Below, in pieces: positions 39,163 to 52,038 of a DNA stretch of 64,000 bases. Within the stretch, counting starts at the first letter, position 1. Each line of letters begins with the position of its first letter. The DNA is from Podarcis gaigeae (lineage: Eukaryota). Made by a program: the position numbers and the translations under genes. The stretch lies in the NCBI GenBank assembly GCA_964106915.2, contig OZ066922.1; one strand, given 5' to 3'. The notes beneath the pieces are model-generated. The model had not been told where the DNA came from, made no database searches, and saw only the letters and a list, made by a program, of their open reading frames with translations.

Positions 39163-39221
39163 CACCATAAAACAGGAAGGTTGACAGCTATGCACCATAA
39201 AACAGTATGCAATACAACCCA

Positions 39222-39609
39222 GTTTAGCCTGGAGAAGAGGAGGTTAAGGGGTGATATGATAGCCATGTTCAAATATATAAAAGGATGTCACATAGAGGAG
39301 GGAGAAAGGTTGTTTTCTGCTGCTCCAGAGAAGCGGACACGGAGCAATGGATCCAAACTACAAGAAAGAAGATTCCACCTAAACATTAGGAAGAACTTCC
39401 TGACAGTAAGAGCTGTTCGACAGTGGAATTTGCTGCCAAGGAGTGTGGTGGAGTCTCCTTCTTTGGAGGTCTTTAAGCAGAGGCTTGACAACCATATGTC
39501 AGGAGTGCTCTGATGGTGTTTCCTGCTTGGCAAGGGGTTGGACTCAATAGCCCTTGTGGTCTCTTCCAACTCTATGATTCTATGATTCTATTCTATGATT
39601 CAATGATTC
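39222..39609 (+). mobile_element. CR1 LINE 3' fragment with open ORF2 C-terminus
   Basis: FSLEKRRLRGDMIAMFKYIKG...RTRSNG.KL...RFHLNIRKNFLTVRAVRQWN.LP..VVESPSLEVFKQRLD; (ATTCTATG)n tail. Confidence 0.95.
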
Positions 39610-40990
39610 AGTCCTATGCACACACAAAATTGGAGCAGCTTTACCCATCTCTTCCAAACATTCCCAAATTTCTCCCCACTCCTGTTTCTGAAGGGAAGTC
39701 TGAAAAGATGGAGGATTTCATGCTGCCCACACATTATCCAGCTTTGTGCTCTATGGCTTTCTCTCTATCTCTCTTTGGGGTGGAGGGATTAGGAGTATAA
39801 AATATTAATAAGTTCACAGTGCCGGAAGGGTGAGTGAGTCAGTACAGCTTCATGAAAGGAGGAACAGGCTTGTCTGACAAATCTGAATTCATTTCAGGGC
39901 ATTACTGAACTGGAGGAAAGAGGCGAAGTAGTGGATACACTCTGACCAAAGGGGAAAGGGGTAGAAATATACACACACAAAGGCTTACTCCTGGGAGCTG
40001 GCACATTGCATTCTTTTAATTGCAAATGTCATGCAATGCGATATGAGAGAATTATGAATCAGGGGCCTTATGCAGAGAGAGAAAAGGGAAGACTCCATTA
40101 TTAGCAGTATCCAAGAGAGATAACAAGCTGAGTTGGCTAATGCTGCCTTGCTTCGCTTTTAGGCTAACTCTGTATTCCTCCACGTACAAATGACCTGGAA
40201 GAAAGGTGTAATTTCCAGATACAGTGGAGCAAAGAAATCACTTCTTGAAATGAACACGGTAATTTTCCTCAGCCGGCAGAGTTAACAGATGGATACAAAG
40301 GTTCTCCTTGACTGTCATAATGTGCAGTACATTGGAATCCGTTTGGAGGGGGTGCGGGGAGTACAGCTAGCTGAAAAATTACAAATATGTAAAGGATTAG
40401 AAGAGCAAAGCTGGGAAATGGAGCAAGAAATGTTGAAGCTCACAATGGAGGTGTTGGTGGGAACCAGAGAGGGGGGGGGGGAATCAGGCTATTCATGCAT
40501 AAAAATCCACAACTGATTTATTATTTCATTAATTTATTTTGGAACTTATACCCTGCTTTTCAAAGCAAAAAAAAATAATACAATATTTCAAGTAATTTTA
40601 GTATACCATGGAAAGTCACCCATGCCTGTCTAATTTCATGGGGAAGCCTGTTCCAGAGTGAAGATGCTGCTGTGCTAAATAATGGTTTATGGTAAGCGGC
40701 ATAGTAACTGGAAACAATATTGTAAAACAGTGTTACCATTTAAACTGCAACTAGGATCTAGGAATGCCATCAAAGAAAAGGAAAGACGTTCCCAGTTCCT
40801 GTTTGTTCTCTGAATTCCCCTATGCCAATCTGTCACAAAGAAATCAGAAAGCCTCATTGACTTGCAAGGAATGTCCCTGGTGCTCTGGCAGATGATATAA
40901 TCACTTTTGCTCCAGAATAAATAATAAAATAAAATCTTGGAGCCATCCTCCCCTGCAATCACCTTTCATCATGAAGTGATTTAGAATATA

Positions 40991-40996
<6 letters not shown>

Positions 40997-41042
<46 letters not shown>
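40997..41042. repeat. (AT)n microsatellite
   Basis: Direct sequence. Confidence 0.97.
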
Positions 41043-41045
<3 letters not shown>

Positions 41046-41051
<6 letters not shown>

Positions 41052-41487
41052 GCCTATCGGGTGGTTGCTCGAGAGCGAACAGGCAATATCCCTCACTGGT
41101 CTTTTGAAAAGCTTTATTATTGGTGCAAAGCATTTACAGCGCAGAACACCTGTAAACGCCTTAGTCACTAGCAGAATCTGAGAGTGGGCGGTCCTTAAAC
41201 TTTCCCCAGCAGAGTAGTTTCTAGACCCCCAGCCGATGCCTCTCCTCTCTGCGCGAAAACCTACTGCGCAGGGAAGGCTTGGGTAAAGGGCGACCTCCCT
41301 CCTCCCCTGCTCAGGCAAGATGTCCTGGCACCGCCTTGCATCCTCTGAGCCCTGCAGCTCTTCCCCACTAGAGGCGGGACCTCCCTCCTCCGCTGAGGAA
41401 GTGCTGCTTTCCATGATCTTTGGGGGCTCTCTGTAATCCAGCTGCCTTTCCACCTCTCACCAGTGTGCTGATGGCAGTTCCCTGACA
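41046..41487 (-). mobile_element. Solo LTR, 442 bp (probably Gypsy/Ty3)
   Basis: TG...CA ends (minus strand TGTCAGGG...ATAACA); perfect TSD ATTGT at 41041-41045 and 41488-41492; minus-strand AATAAA at 41113-41118; CpG retained. Confidence 0.9.
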
Positions 41488-41764
41488 ATTGTCATGAGTC
41501 TGTGGGTGTTAAAATCTAATCAAGCTTTTTGATCCCTGGATCCAGCAAGTTTTAAAATATAAGCCAGGCTAACTTCCTGTGTTGAGGTCATCACCTGGGT
41601 GATGGGCCATTAAGAGAACAAAGGAAAGAGGGATTATTGACAAACACAAAATGGGTTAGGCCCCTCCTCCAACTCTTGGGTAGTTAGAAGAACAAAGCCT
41701 GAATGAGAGGGCAGAGTTTGCTGTGATGTGACCTAGAGGAAAAAAGGGGTGGGCTGAAAAGGCA

Positions 41765-42019
41765 AAGAAGAAGAAGAAGAAGAAGCGTTTGGATTTGATA
41801 TCCCGCCTTTCACTCCCTTTAAGGAGTCTCAAAGTGGCTAACAATCTCCTTTCCCTTCCTCCCCCACAACAAACACTCTGTGAGGTGAGTGGGGCTGAGA
41901 GACTTCAGAGAAGTGTGACTGGCCCAAGGTCACCCAGCAGCTGCATGTGGAGGAGCGGAGACGCGAACCCGGTTCCCCAGATTACGAGACTATCGCTCTT
42001 AACCACTACACCACACTGG
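41765..42019 (-). mobile_element. Young tRNA-derived SINE (same family as 15956 and 58604)
   Basis: (GAA)n tail at left, near-identical body, A box at right on the minus strand. Confidence 0.92.
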
Positions 42020-42716
42020 TGGCGAGAGCCACGGCTGGCTTCTGCTTGAGGCTTCGGATATAGAAGAAGCAAGACCCTTTTTTAGGTGTTAATGCTGTGA
42101 ACCCCTCCATATATACATTCTGTATATAGGTAACAAACTTGAACATCATTGTTAGCTTCAATGCAAGCCCAGTATTATTAATGATTGGCTTCCACAGGAA
42201 GACACAGTAAACTTAAGACATAAACTTAGTCTCCTCCTTTGCCTCAACAACCTTAGGGGGGAAATATTTTCTGGATTATCACCCCATTAGAAAATGAGCA
42301 GTGGAATAAAATCTAAAACTATGTAGATTTATAAAATATAAGTTTTCAAAGAAGAACGGTCATTAAAATTTTGAAGGCCTACTGCAAAAGCCATCATATC
42401 ATTATAAAGGGAAAAGAAAGTAACAAATGTATCAAGATGCTCTGATCAATTCCACTCATAAAGCTGTCATCAGCCCATGACACATATAAATCCCATAAAT
42501 ATGACTTTGGTGGCTTTAGCAAGACTACAATTAAGCTTAATCATTCAAACACTAAGGATGAAATATGACTGCAGTGGAGGAAAAGCATTAAGGTTGCGCT
42601 AAGTTCACCCTGCACCGTCACTACTCAAATGGCTTCTAATTTGCAATCACTATGGGGCTTATACAAAACCAAGAAAGTGTTAATTGTTTTTGGAATGAAT
42701 ATGGTACTAAAATGTG

Positions 42717-42766
42717 ATTAGGCTGCAGGATCCATGGTATTATTAGGCTGCAGGATCCATGGTATT
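42717..42766. repeat. Perfect 25-bp tandem duplication
   Basis: ATTAGGCTGCAGGATCCATGGTATT x2. Confidence 0.95.
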
Positions 42767-44678
42767 ATTTCAAGCAACTAATAAAGTACATGGCATCAAG
42801 CGATAAGCGAGATTTTACTTAAAGAATACAAGTGTGGCTCACAACAAAGTATCGCATGCTGCTGTTCAGGATTCCAGCCATTCGGTTTCCTTCCCTCCCT
42901 GGCTGTTTCATTCCACTACATTTGTTCAGCATTCTATGACCACTGGGCTGGTAGAAGGAACTGTTTCCTGTTCCACCCTATATTCATTTGCATGGAGCAG
43001 CGTTTCCCATCCACTGCAGTTCGCCTTCCACCAGGCATCCAAACGTCGCCTCTTTCTCTGAAATGATTCTACCCTTTCCCATTTATGACTGGAACAGCCT
43101 CCTGGAAGCGAATTATGCAACCACCTCACTTAATTTTTAAAAAAACTCCATTCTCAAATCTCACTTTTTATGGGAAGCCTTTATATTGTCACCCTAATTA
43201 TAACTAAGCCAAAGAACTTGGCTTAGTTGTAGCCAAATGGGTGCCTGCTAGTGGTCCCTGGTGCTTTTATAAAGTCTCAGTAAATATCCGCTCAAAAATC
43301 CATAATACATGAGCAACTGTTGCCTCTTCCTCCTCTCCCCCCCCCCTTACTGATGGGGGTATGCCCATAGCATTCTGAATTTGTGTCTCTTTTCTTGCTT
43401 TTTCTTAGTTGTGGCAGCCATTTTGTATTTGCCATACAGCTTATAACAGCCATCTTGTGAGTGGTGCTTGTGACACTTTCTCGAAATACCTAATGTGTCC
43501 ACTGGTACCAAAAACTGGTGACCCCTTCCATGTCGTAACTAAGTCAAAGTACATGTAATTGTCACATATTCTTCCCATGTTGACCCATGCCTTCATTTCC
43601 TTTTCCCTTTCCTCTGTTGTAAGGTGTTTGAGGCAACAACCCACTTTACCTTTGTAAAAAATCATGTAGAAAAATGGGCTTCTCTGTGTGTGTGTGTGTG
43701 TGTGTGCATGCGCGCACTTTTTGAAGGACTGAATATAATATTTCAGCCTTAAACATATTATCGTTTTATATAATGGGGTTGTGTTGTTGGAATTTTCTTC
43801 CCATCTGTTTCCTAGTAACTTCTTTCTAACACTTTATCGGCATGTGACCATTCCATGATCTGTGCATTCTGCAATTAGTTTTGAAGTAGCACCTTGGTGA
43901 CATTCTCTAAGTATTTATATACATTCCTCCCTGTGGCAGCAGACCTCTTAGATTATGATATCTTGTCTTGGTATCATCATCCAATCCTTCAGAAAGATAC
44001 CGAGCCATAGAGAGTGTCAGACTGATGTATTTTGCTTGAAGACAATACTTTACGCTTAAATACTTCACCACAATTCCATCTTTCTAAATGGTGAACTAAG
44101 TATATTAAAAACAAACCACCTGACATTTCAGTCCATGGTCTTGTTGAGACTGAGTACTTGGCTGCAAACCAATTTGCCACATACTGAGTTGTAGAATGGG
44201 TGGAGAGTTTGAAATGCAGAGCAAGAGAATCCCATTGGGTGACAGGGGGACACAAATTTCTGCAGAAGCTCCAAAGCTGTGGACACTGTTTCCATGGCAG
44301 TGAAGCACTGAGGCACAGAAATGAGGGGAGATGGCAAAAAAAAACAACTTGTTTGTGTAGTTTCAAAGACAGCTCTGAATCCTACTAAATGAAAGACTTA
44401 TTTGATGAACAGATGAGAAGGGACAGTATTTTGGCCTTATGCCTTGATAACAACTGTGTGAACAAGTATTACCTCAGCGCTGCATTTGAACTGAGACACT
44501 TTTATCTTTTTTATGTTCTAAGTGGAGTGTAAGAACAGAAGAAAAGCCCAGCTAGATCAATGCAAGGTAGGGATGGATGGACCAGGTCATTTCTAGTCCC
44601 TGTCGATTTTGCACATGTTCATGATTAAGTCCAAGGTCTCCTGTTTCTGCATTAATCAAAAAGAAATCCCTACCAAGA

Positions 44679-44680
<2 letters not shown>

Positions 44681-44710
<30 letters not shown>
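44681..44710. repeat. (TG)n microsatellite
   Basis: Direct sequence. Confidence 0.97.
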
Positions 44711-44714
<4 letters not shown>

Positions 44715-45175
44715 ATCAGTTGCTCTTGGCCATCATGAGGCTCAGTCTAGCAACCATTTGCATTTCCCACAATGCTCTTGACATAGTGTGCTCTGGGGGC
44801 ACTTTAGGAAATATAACTAGCAGCCAGAGGCAGATGCCCTATGCTGCTGCTGCTGCTGCTTTTGCTGCCCTCCACTACTATCAGGCAGGCTCATGAGGAC
44901 CCATCAAAAGAAGAGACGAGCCACCAAAGGGTCTGACCCCCTAAAAAACTGGAGCCAGCCCTGAGTTCTCCTCAGCCTATCCAAACTCCCAGGATTGTTG
45001 TGAAGATAAAATGGAGTGGGGAGGATCATGAACTCCTTGGGGAAAAGAACTAAATAGAATAAACACTGACCAAACATGAAACCTACGTAGCTATCTGATT
45101 TCAATGTTATATCGTCGGCAGCTAATATCAAAAAGCATTTTCTGGCCAACGTACAGTGACATTCTTCATTTTGAA

Positions 45176-45749
45176 TTTTGTTTTTGTTTTTTACTTTTTT
45201 ATCAAGGATTTCTTGGTTTACAAAAGTATGTGCAATGTCTCTTTTTTCGAGTTACATTTTCTACAGATCAGTTTCATTTGTTGAGACATTAGTGTTACAT
45301 TAAGCAGAAAAGGGGGAAAGAGGTGGAGGGGGGCATGGTGAGTGGGGGGGGTCAGGGGGCAATGCTTCTGTTCTACTTAGTGTATGTGTGGGGCTTTGTG
45401 TCAGTGCTGCTTGTGCAGGTTCTCTTTACTATTTGCATGTATTCCTTTGGTGGTAAGAGAGGTTGGGGTTGGCCTAGGGTGTGGTTGTTTGTTTGTGATT
45501 GGCTGTGGTGAACTTTGTTTTCATGTGTGAGTGGGGGGGTGTTTTTTTGAATCAGGTTAGCCATATTGATTTGTATGCTGTTGGCGGATTCTCGTCATCG
45601 TCTTGTTGGGCTGTGTATGTGATAAAGGGGTGCCATAACGGGGTGAAGATGTCTTCTTCTATTTGTCCCCGTGTCAGTTTCAGTTTATTGGTTAGTTGTT
45701 CTAGTAAGGCTGTTTCCCATACTATTTGATAGCATTGGTCCATGCTCAC
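45176..45749 (-). mobile_element. L1/Tx1-clade LINE 3' fragment
   Basis: Minus-strand ORF2-like C-terminus YQIVWETALLEQLTNKLKL...FTPLWHPFITY, 3' UTR, A-rich tail; candidate TSD TTTTGAA at 45169-45175 and 45750-45756. Confidence 0.78.
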
Positions 45750-45859
45750 TTTTGAAAATGTTTTGATAGTTGGCAGCTTTTTAGATTTCATATTTTGACA
45801 TCAGCTCAAAAAGTTAAAAAAAAAAAAAACAAGAGATATTGCCTTTAGCACTGAAGCTG

Positions 45860-46560
45860 GGAAGACAGAGGCTCATTTCCAGAAGATAGACCAGTTGCAT
45901 GTTATGGGTAAGGCTGCCCTCCCTTGAAAGGGGCAACTATGTACCTCGGATCTAATTTGCCATTAGAGGCCCAAGTAGCTTTGGTGGTGAGGTGTTCATT
46001 TCACCAGGTTTGACTGTTATGCTGCCAATGGTCGTTTCTAGATCAGGATAACTTGGCTACTGTAGTCCATGCATTGGTAACATGAAGACTGGATTACTGC
46101 AGTGCACTCTATGTGGGGCCTGTGCTTGGGCCTGGTCTGGAAGGTCTAGCTGGTGCAGCAGCTAGTTAATGGGGCAGACAGACAACAACATGTGGCATCT
46201 CTGCTAAAACATCTGCACTCACTACCTACCAGGTATCCTACCAGGCTAGTTTCAAGATTCTTGCATTGATATATAAAGCTCTGAACAACTTGGAATACAA
46301 AGCCCTGAACAACTTGGATACCTCAAGGACTGTCTGAGCCTTTATATCCCAGCCAAATCACTAAGACCATCCACTGTTAATAATCACCAGAAGTCCAACT
46401 GACCTCAGCTAGAAGTGGGGTCTCCATTCTTGTGCAGAGATTCATCAGGCATTCTCACTTTTTACATTTTTGAAGGTATGTCTTGAAGACTATCACAGCT
46501 AATTGTGCTTGATATGGCTTTTCATTAATGTGTCACCATCATTTTTTTTTCATGTAAAGC
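45860..46560 (+). mobile_element. Old L2-clade LINE ORF2 3' fragment (many stops)
   Basis: LATVVHALVT*RLDYCSALYVG; FKILALIYKALN.L motifs. Confidence 0.85.
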
Positions 46561-46599
46561 TGATGACCATGACTGTGGGAAGGAGCTGGGCAGCCAGAG

Positions 46600-47010
46600 A
46601 GCAAAGGACACCTGATGAGGGAAGTATAGAAACTGGGTTCTGAGGAAGAATGTTTGAGGGAGTTGGGTATGCTTAGCCTGGAGAAGTGAAGACTGAGAGA
46701 TGATTGACAGCCATCTTCAACTAGGGCTGTCATATGGAATGTAGCAGCTGCAGAGAGTAGGACCCAAACCAATGAATTCAAAGCACAAGAAAAGAGATAC
46801 TGAATGAACGCTAGGAAGAACTTTCTGATGGTAAGAGCTATTTGACGAATTATGTCGGAAGATGGTGGAATGTCCTTCCCTGGAGGTTTTTAAATAGAGA
46901 TTGGATGGCCACCCGTCAGGCATTGTTTAACTGTGGTTCCTGCATTACAGGAGGCTAGACTAGTTGTCACCTGGGGTCCCTTCCAACTCTACACTTCTAT
47001 GAATCTGTGA
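46600..47010 (+). mobile_element. Old CR1 LINE 3' fragment
   Basis: gagggagttgggtatgcttagcctggagaag..., aggaagaactttctga, cccttccaactcta...tctatga tail; homologous to 39222-39609. Confidence 0.88.
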
Positions 47011-50000
47011 ACGGTGCTCTATCAGAATTCCCAGTCATGGAGAGAGCTTTAGTCTTGCTCATTAGAACGTCTGAAAAGGACTAATACTACAAATGCATCA
47101 TTCACACAGCAAGGTGCTGGAAAGTGATGGCAGAATTAATTGTGCAGCTAGTGCCACAGAAGTTTGAGATGGGAACAGACTGCTGGCTAAATTTCTAATG
47201 GTGATGATGATGATGACGATGATCCACTGCTATATCACTATCCATCAGCTTTCATCTGAGGCTCTTCAAGTTCACACATACACAACTATTCTTCAACAGA
47301 AATTTTGCCCAGCTAGAACGCCCAACTGCACAGTCATTTAATGAGAATATGAACTTCAGTGATGATGCCTAGAAAAATGCTATGAACTGAACCTTGGTTT
47401 TATTGATATGTCTGCACAGCTTTGTAATTAGGTGATAACTAATAAGTTGAGGAGTATACTCATTTAAGATCCTTTTTTACTTGGTGCCTGAGGGCAGAAA
47501 GCATCTGTACTAGAGAGGAAAGGAGATTTGAGGGGTTTCTTTACTAGTCCATTTTCATAATTGGAACATAAATGCAGTATATAAACAAACAAAAATATAG
47601 AACAAAGCTCTATTTGGCTGGCTCCCTGTCACTGCAGAGCAGCATGACAAAATAAAATGCAGCACATTTAAACCAAACACAAATCAGCATGAAGCAACAA
47701 TATACAATCTCAAGTACAAAAGAGGTAATATAAAAAGGGAAAAAATACATTGTGATGTATCACAGTTAGCGGCTTCCTCTTTTTGTGAGCTTCCGCTCAG
47801 GAGCAAAGCCGCAGACAAAACAAAGGTTTACGATTCCAGGTTTGAACATGGAATGTGTTGCATTAAACAGACATAGAAAGACATTGGAAATTACGTCAGC
47901 GCAAGTGTAAAACACAACAGCTCCTCTCTAACTTCCGTTGCTAATCTAATCTGACTGCGCAGCAGCCAGAACTGTGTGTGGCCAGATAATCACTGAGTAC
48001 AGGCCAGCTGTTTGGGTGGAGCCAGAGAAGTTCAGCCATTTTCAGAAGTGCTTTTTCCTGCCATCTGAATACTCTTTATCAGCACCAGAATATCTCATAT
48101 CTAACTAAAATTTGAGAGCTAAGGTTTTAACATGATTTGTTCATTTATTGATGTTGTCAGTCACCTCACACAAGGCAGTCTCCAGGTGACTTACAATCAA
48201 GTTTAGAAACATAGAAAATTATTTTAAATGACAATGAAAATGTTATAAATCTGTGCCTAAAGCATGAAAACACCAGCCTTCATGGGGTGCGGGCTGAAGA
48301 AGTCACAACAACATTCTTGATGGGGAAATTTTCCCCTTTAAAGGATCTTCTGAAAAACTCATCAATGTCTACTATCTAGATTAGCTGTTACAAGAAGTGA
48401 GTGGGGTAGAATACAAGCCAGTTCTCTCTCTTTTAAAAATAAAAAAATCCCCAGATGGGGGTATTGATTTAATATGGACAAGTATTGGACTTGTCCTAAT
48501 TACTAGGGATGGTTGCGTCGTACGGATAACTTGATGTATGGAATCATGATTTACTTTAAGCAGTTACACAAGGCGCTGATAGTAAGACGCAAGGGATATA
48601 ATCCTATCTCAATTTTCCTGGAAGCAAGCTCCACTGAATTCAATAGGCCTTACTTCTGAGTGGACATGTTTAGGATTGTGCTATTGGTCACTGTGATGTT
48701 TGCCTATCAGGTAAATTGCTGAGCATGCTTCACTAGAAGTAAGCCACAGCTTTATCTATATAGGGAAGGGCCATAGCTCAGAGGAAGGTCAATCCTTTGC
48801 ATCTCTGGGTGAGACCTTGAAAGGCTCCCTGTCTGAAATCCTGGAGAGCTGCTACTAGTCAGTGTAGACATCACTGATCTAGATGGACCAGGTGTAAGGC
48901 AGCTGCCTACGGTCCTGTCTTCCATTTCAGTGGATGCAGTGGTCTGTTCTTAGTATTATGTGATGGACAGGTGACAAATATCTCAGGGTAATTGTGGTAG
49001 CGAGGTTAATGCATCCCATACCATAACCACACTATTCTTTCAACTTAAATCCTACTTTATAAGTGCCAGTTCATGGACACGAGCTATCAAAATCACATTA
49101 TTCCCACTTCAATGCTTGACAACTTGCACCCACAACCAGACAGTAGTTATTTCACTCACTGGAAGAATAAAATAATTGCAGCGTGGTGAGAAATGGCTTT
49201 TTATATGCCCTTCCTAATGATACATATGGTCATTTATACAAGGGCTTAATAGTATCAACATTTCCGCATTAAAAGAATCACCTGCTAACTGCACAAATTG
49301 GTAATCATTTGTGAAACTGTGCATGAATGGAAGACACATGAGGCAAAGGACAAAGAACCAAGAGAAGCAAGTTGATGTGACAATTTTCCAAAGGCCTTGG
49401 TTTATTTTCACATACCTGCTTTGGATTGCAAAGTAGCAATAGCTATAAAAAGCCCTAAATAAATAAATTGGGTTAAAGAAGGTGTTTGGTTTCTAAAAGT
49501 CAACAAGAACACCCAAGGGACTGGTCAGGCTGGGTTTTTTGCTTGCTTTATTACCTACCAGATGGAGTGGCAAATGTGCGACATACGGCAAAAGCTATCT
49601 TATATGCCAGTTTGTTTAAACAGATTGCCTTCATCATTTGACCACTGCTAGAAAGGCAATTGAAAACCACAGGCTTCAGGCATTTACATAATGAATATTT
49701 TAAAAATGTAAATATGGAGCATTTCTCACCCTTCAAATGCACTGTCAAAACTTACCTTTGAACAGAAGTGCACATACAAACACACAAGCAAAACACAGTT
49801 GACAACACAAGCTGGAACTCTTTAAAAGATGTGCGTTGTCAAACAGCCAATATCTGAGCTTATGAATCACTTTTGCACCTTGTACTGCCCGTGCTTTTTA
49901 TGCTTGAACTGAACACTGATCAAATCAGCACGGAAAAGCAGCACGTTACCCCTAACACATGCCCATGCCCAATAGCTAGCAAAGCATTTTTCAGTTCCCA

Positions 50001-50661
50001 GTACTGTGTAGTGTTGTTGGAAACATGTTTAATTGGGCTTTTGACCAATTGTTGCATTGCAATTTTCTTTGTGGGACAAGTACAAATAGATCTTTGCTGT
50101 TGCCTATGGTAAAACTATATCAGAGGCTCTTTTGTGAATTGGTGCATACTCGGAATTTGCATGCATAGCTTCCATAGCAGAGACACTGAGACAACATGCA
50201 GCTGCTCAAATATTTGGAGAATCTGGCTGCAAACAACCACATTATGCCAAGCTGTGAGAAGGAATGTGCAATTACTGTGTACTAATATGGCTAATAACAC
50301 AGGGAGGAGGATATTATTAATGTAATTGGCGCTGCCTTGCAATCTGACCATTTCTCATTTGCCTTCCCTCATCTCATTTGTGCTTTTCATTCCCACCACC
50401 TCACATGCAAATCTTTTCACACACGGTCAGAAAACAGGTAGGCCAAGCACATAGAGGAGGAAGGAAAAATCACACTGGCTTTTCCTTCTCCTAATCTCAG
50501 GGTGCTCATCATGCGCACAGTCTACATGCCTACAGACTGTATATTGCCTCTGAATACCAGTTGCTTGGAATTGCAAAAGGGAAGAGCACTGTTGCATTCA
50601 TGCTCTGTTTCTGGGCTTCCCATAGGAATCTGGTTGGCCACTATGAGAACATAATGTTGGG

Positions 50662-50815
50662 CTCCATCTGCACTGTACATTTAAAGCAGTATCATATAAT
50701 TTTTAACATTTGTGGCTTCCTCCAAAAAATCATGGGAACTATAGTTTGGTAAGGGTGCTGGAGACACCTATTCCCTTCCCAGTGCAAAATTTCCAAAGTT
50801 CCCTTGGAAGAGGGC
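50662..50815. mobile_element. Half of a palindromic MITE (family of 2455-2741)
   Basis: ccatctgcactgtacatttaaagcagtatcata...ggagacacctattccctt...gttcccttggaagag. Confidence 0.65.
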
Positions 50816-52038
50816 TTGGTTGGTTAATGCAAGACAAGGCAACTTATCAGCACCCTGGAGAGCTCACAGCGGACAATGCTAGTTGCTTCAGCGGTGTGTT
50901 GGTACCTTCTGAAGGCTGGCTACCCTCAACCTTCTATTAGCCCCATCAAATGAGTGATCTTCTTTTAAAGGGCAATTACACTATTCTGTAATTACTGGCC
51001 TGTATGGCAGGAAGGGATGAATTGGAAAGGTGTCCTCTGAACTGGGAGAGTCTGGTCTCAACTGTCCAGGAGCTGAATATGGTGCGGGGAGCAATGACTT
51101 CCCACAAGATGCCACCTTTCTCCTCTGAACTGGCCAGAGAACATGACAGTTGTGTTGCATATTGTAAGAGACTTTTAGGCCACAGCTATAATATATATTC
51201 CCCAATGGATAGTGATTGATGGGGTTAAGGAGAAGCTATTAATAAGCTCTGTGGGGAGCTTTTAACTGCTGCAGCCTAATGCCCTGCACTTGTAGAGTTT
51301 GACAGGAGGAAAGATTCAGCTTTACTAGAGGCCTATAGTAATTCTCCTTTGATGCACATCTTTTAGTGATGTTAACAGCAGTTATACATTTGCATCAAGC
51401 AAGTAGCATATTCAGAACCCTTAGGGACTTTCAAAGGTTAGCGAGGCTCTAAGCTATGTAGAATTCTCACTGAGATTATTTTCGGCTACGCACAATACCA
51501 TCTTGTGACAGTCAGATGTATTTTAATTTTACTGGACTGAAGAAAGGTACTTGTATAATTTCTCCAAAGCACCATTAAGCCATGAATGCAGCCAATTAAG
51601 ATACTTACGACCTACAGAAGCATGGCGTGTTATTTTCTTTTGCATTTTCTGTTTCAGGGTTATAGGATTACAACTGGGATGCTTCATTTAATGTGACTCC
51701 AATCAATCCTTTCTACTAATGTTCCAAAAGTGGAATTTAATGCCATCTTCGTGTTCTAGGAAGCATAATGTGCAAAGAAAGTTGGAAGTGGCAAGAACTC
51801 ACTTCTGAAGCATTTTTTTTTTTTACCTTGCAATATGTCTTGGTTAAACACACCTTCAGAAATGTGGTTTGAAGAGAAATACTGGTAAGCATCTACACAA
51901 ACCACAGGGGTAAGCATTCTTCATGAATCTATAGCCAATTTCTCATTGAAGTAGTAAACCTGAATCTGGGCTCTCAAAGGACAATGCTAGAGTAGAAACC
52001 TGCCTGACAAGATAGTTTTCTGTGTGAATGGATTTCAC

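Noticed and set aside
39003-39205. CRISPR-like repeat array
   Set aside because: Eukaryotic context; only pairwise tandem duplications without unique spacers
39151-39513. 120-aa ORF as a gene
   Set aside because: CR1 ORF2 C-terminus fused by chance to a MITE-end duplication
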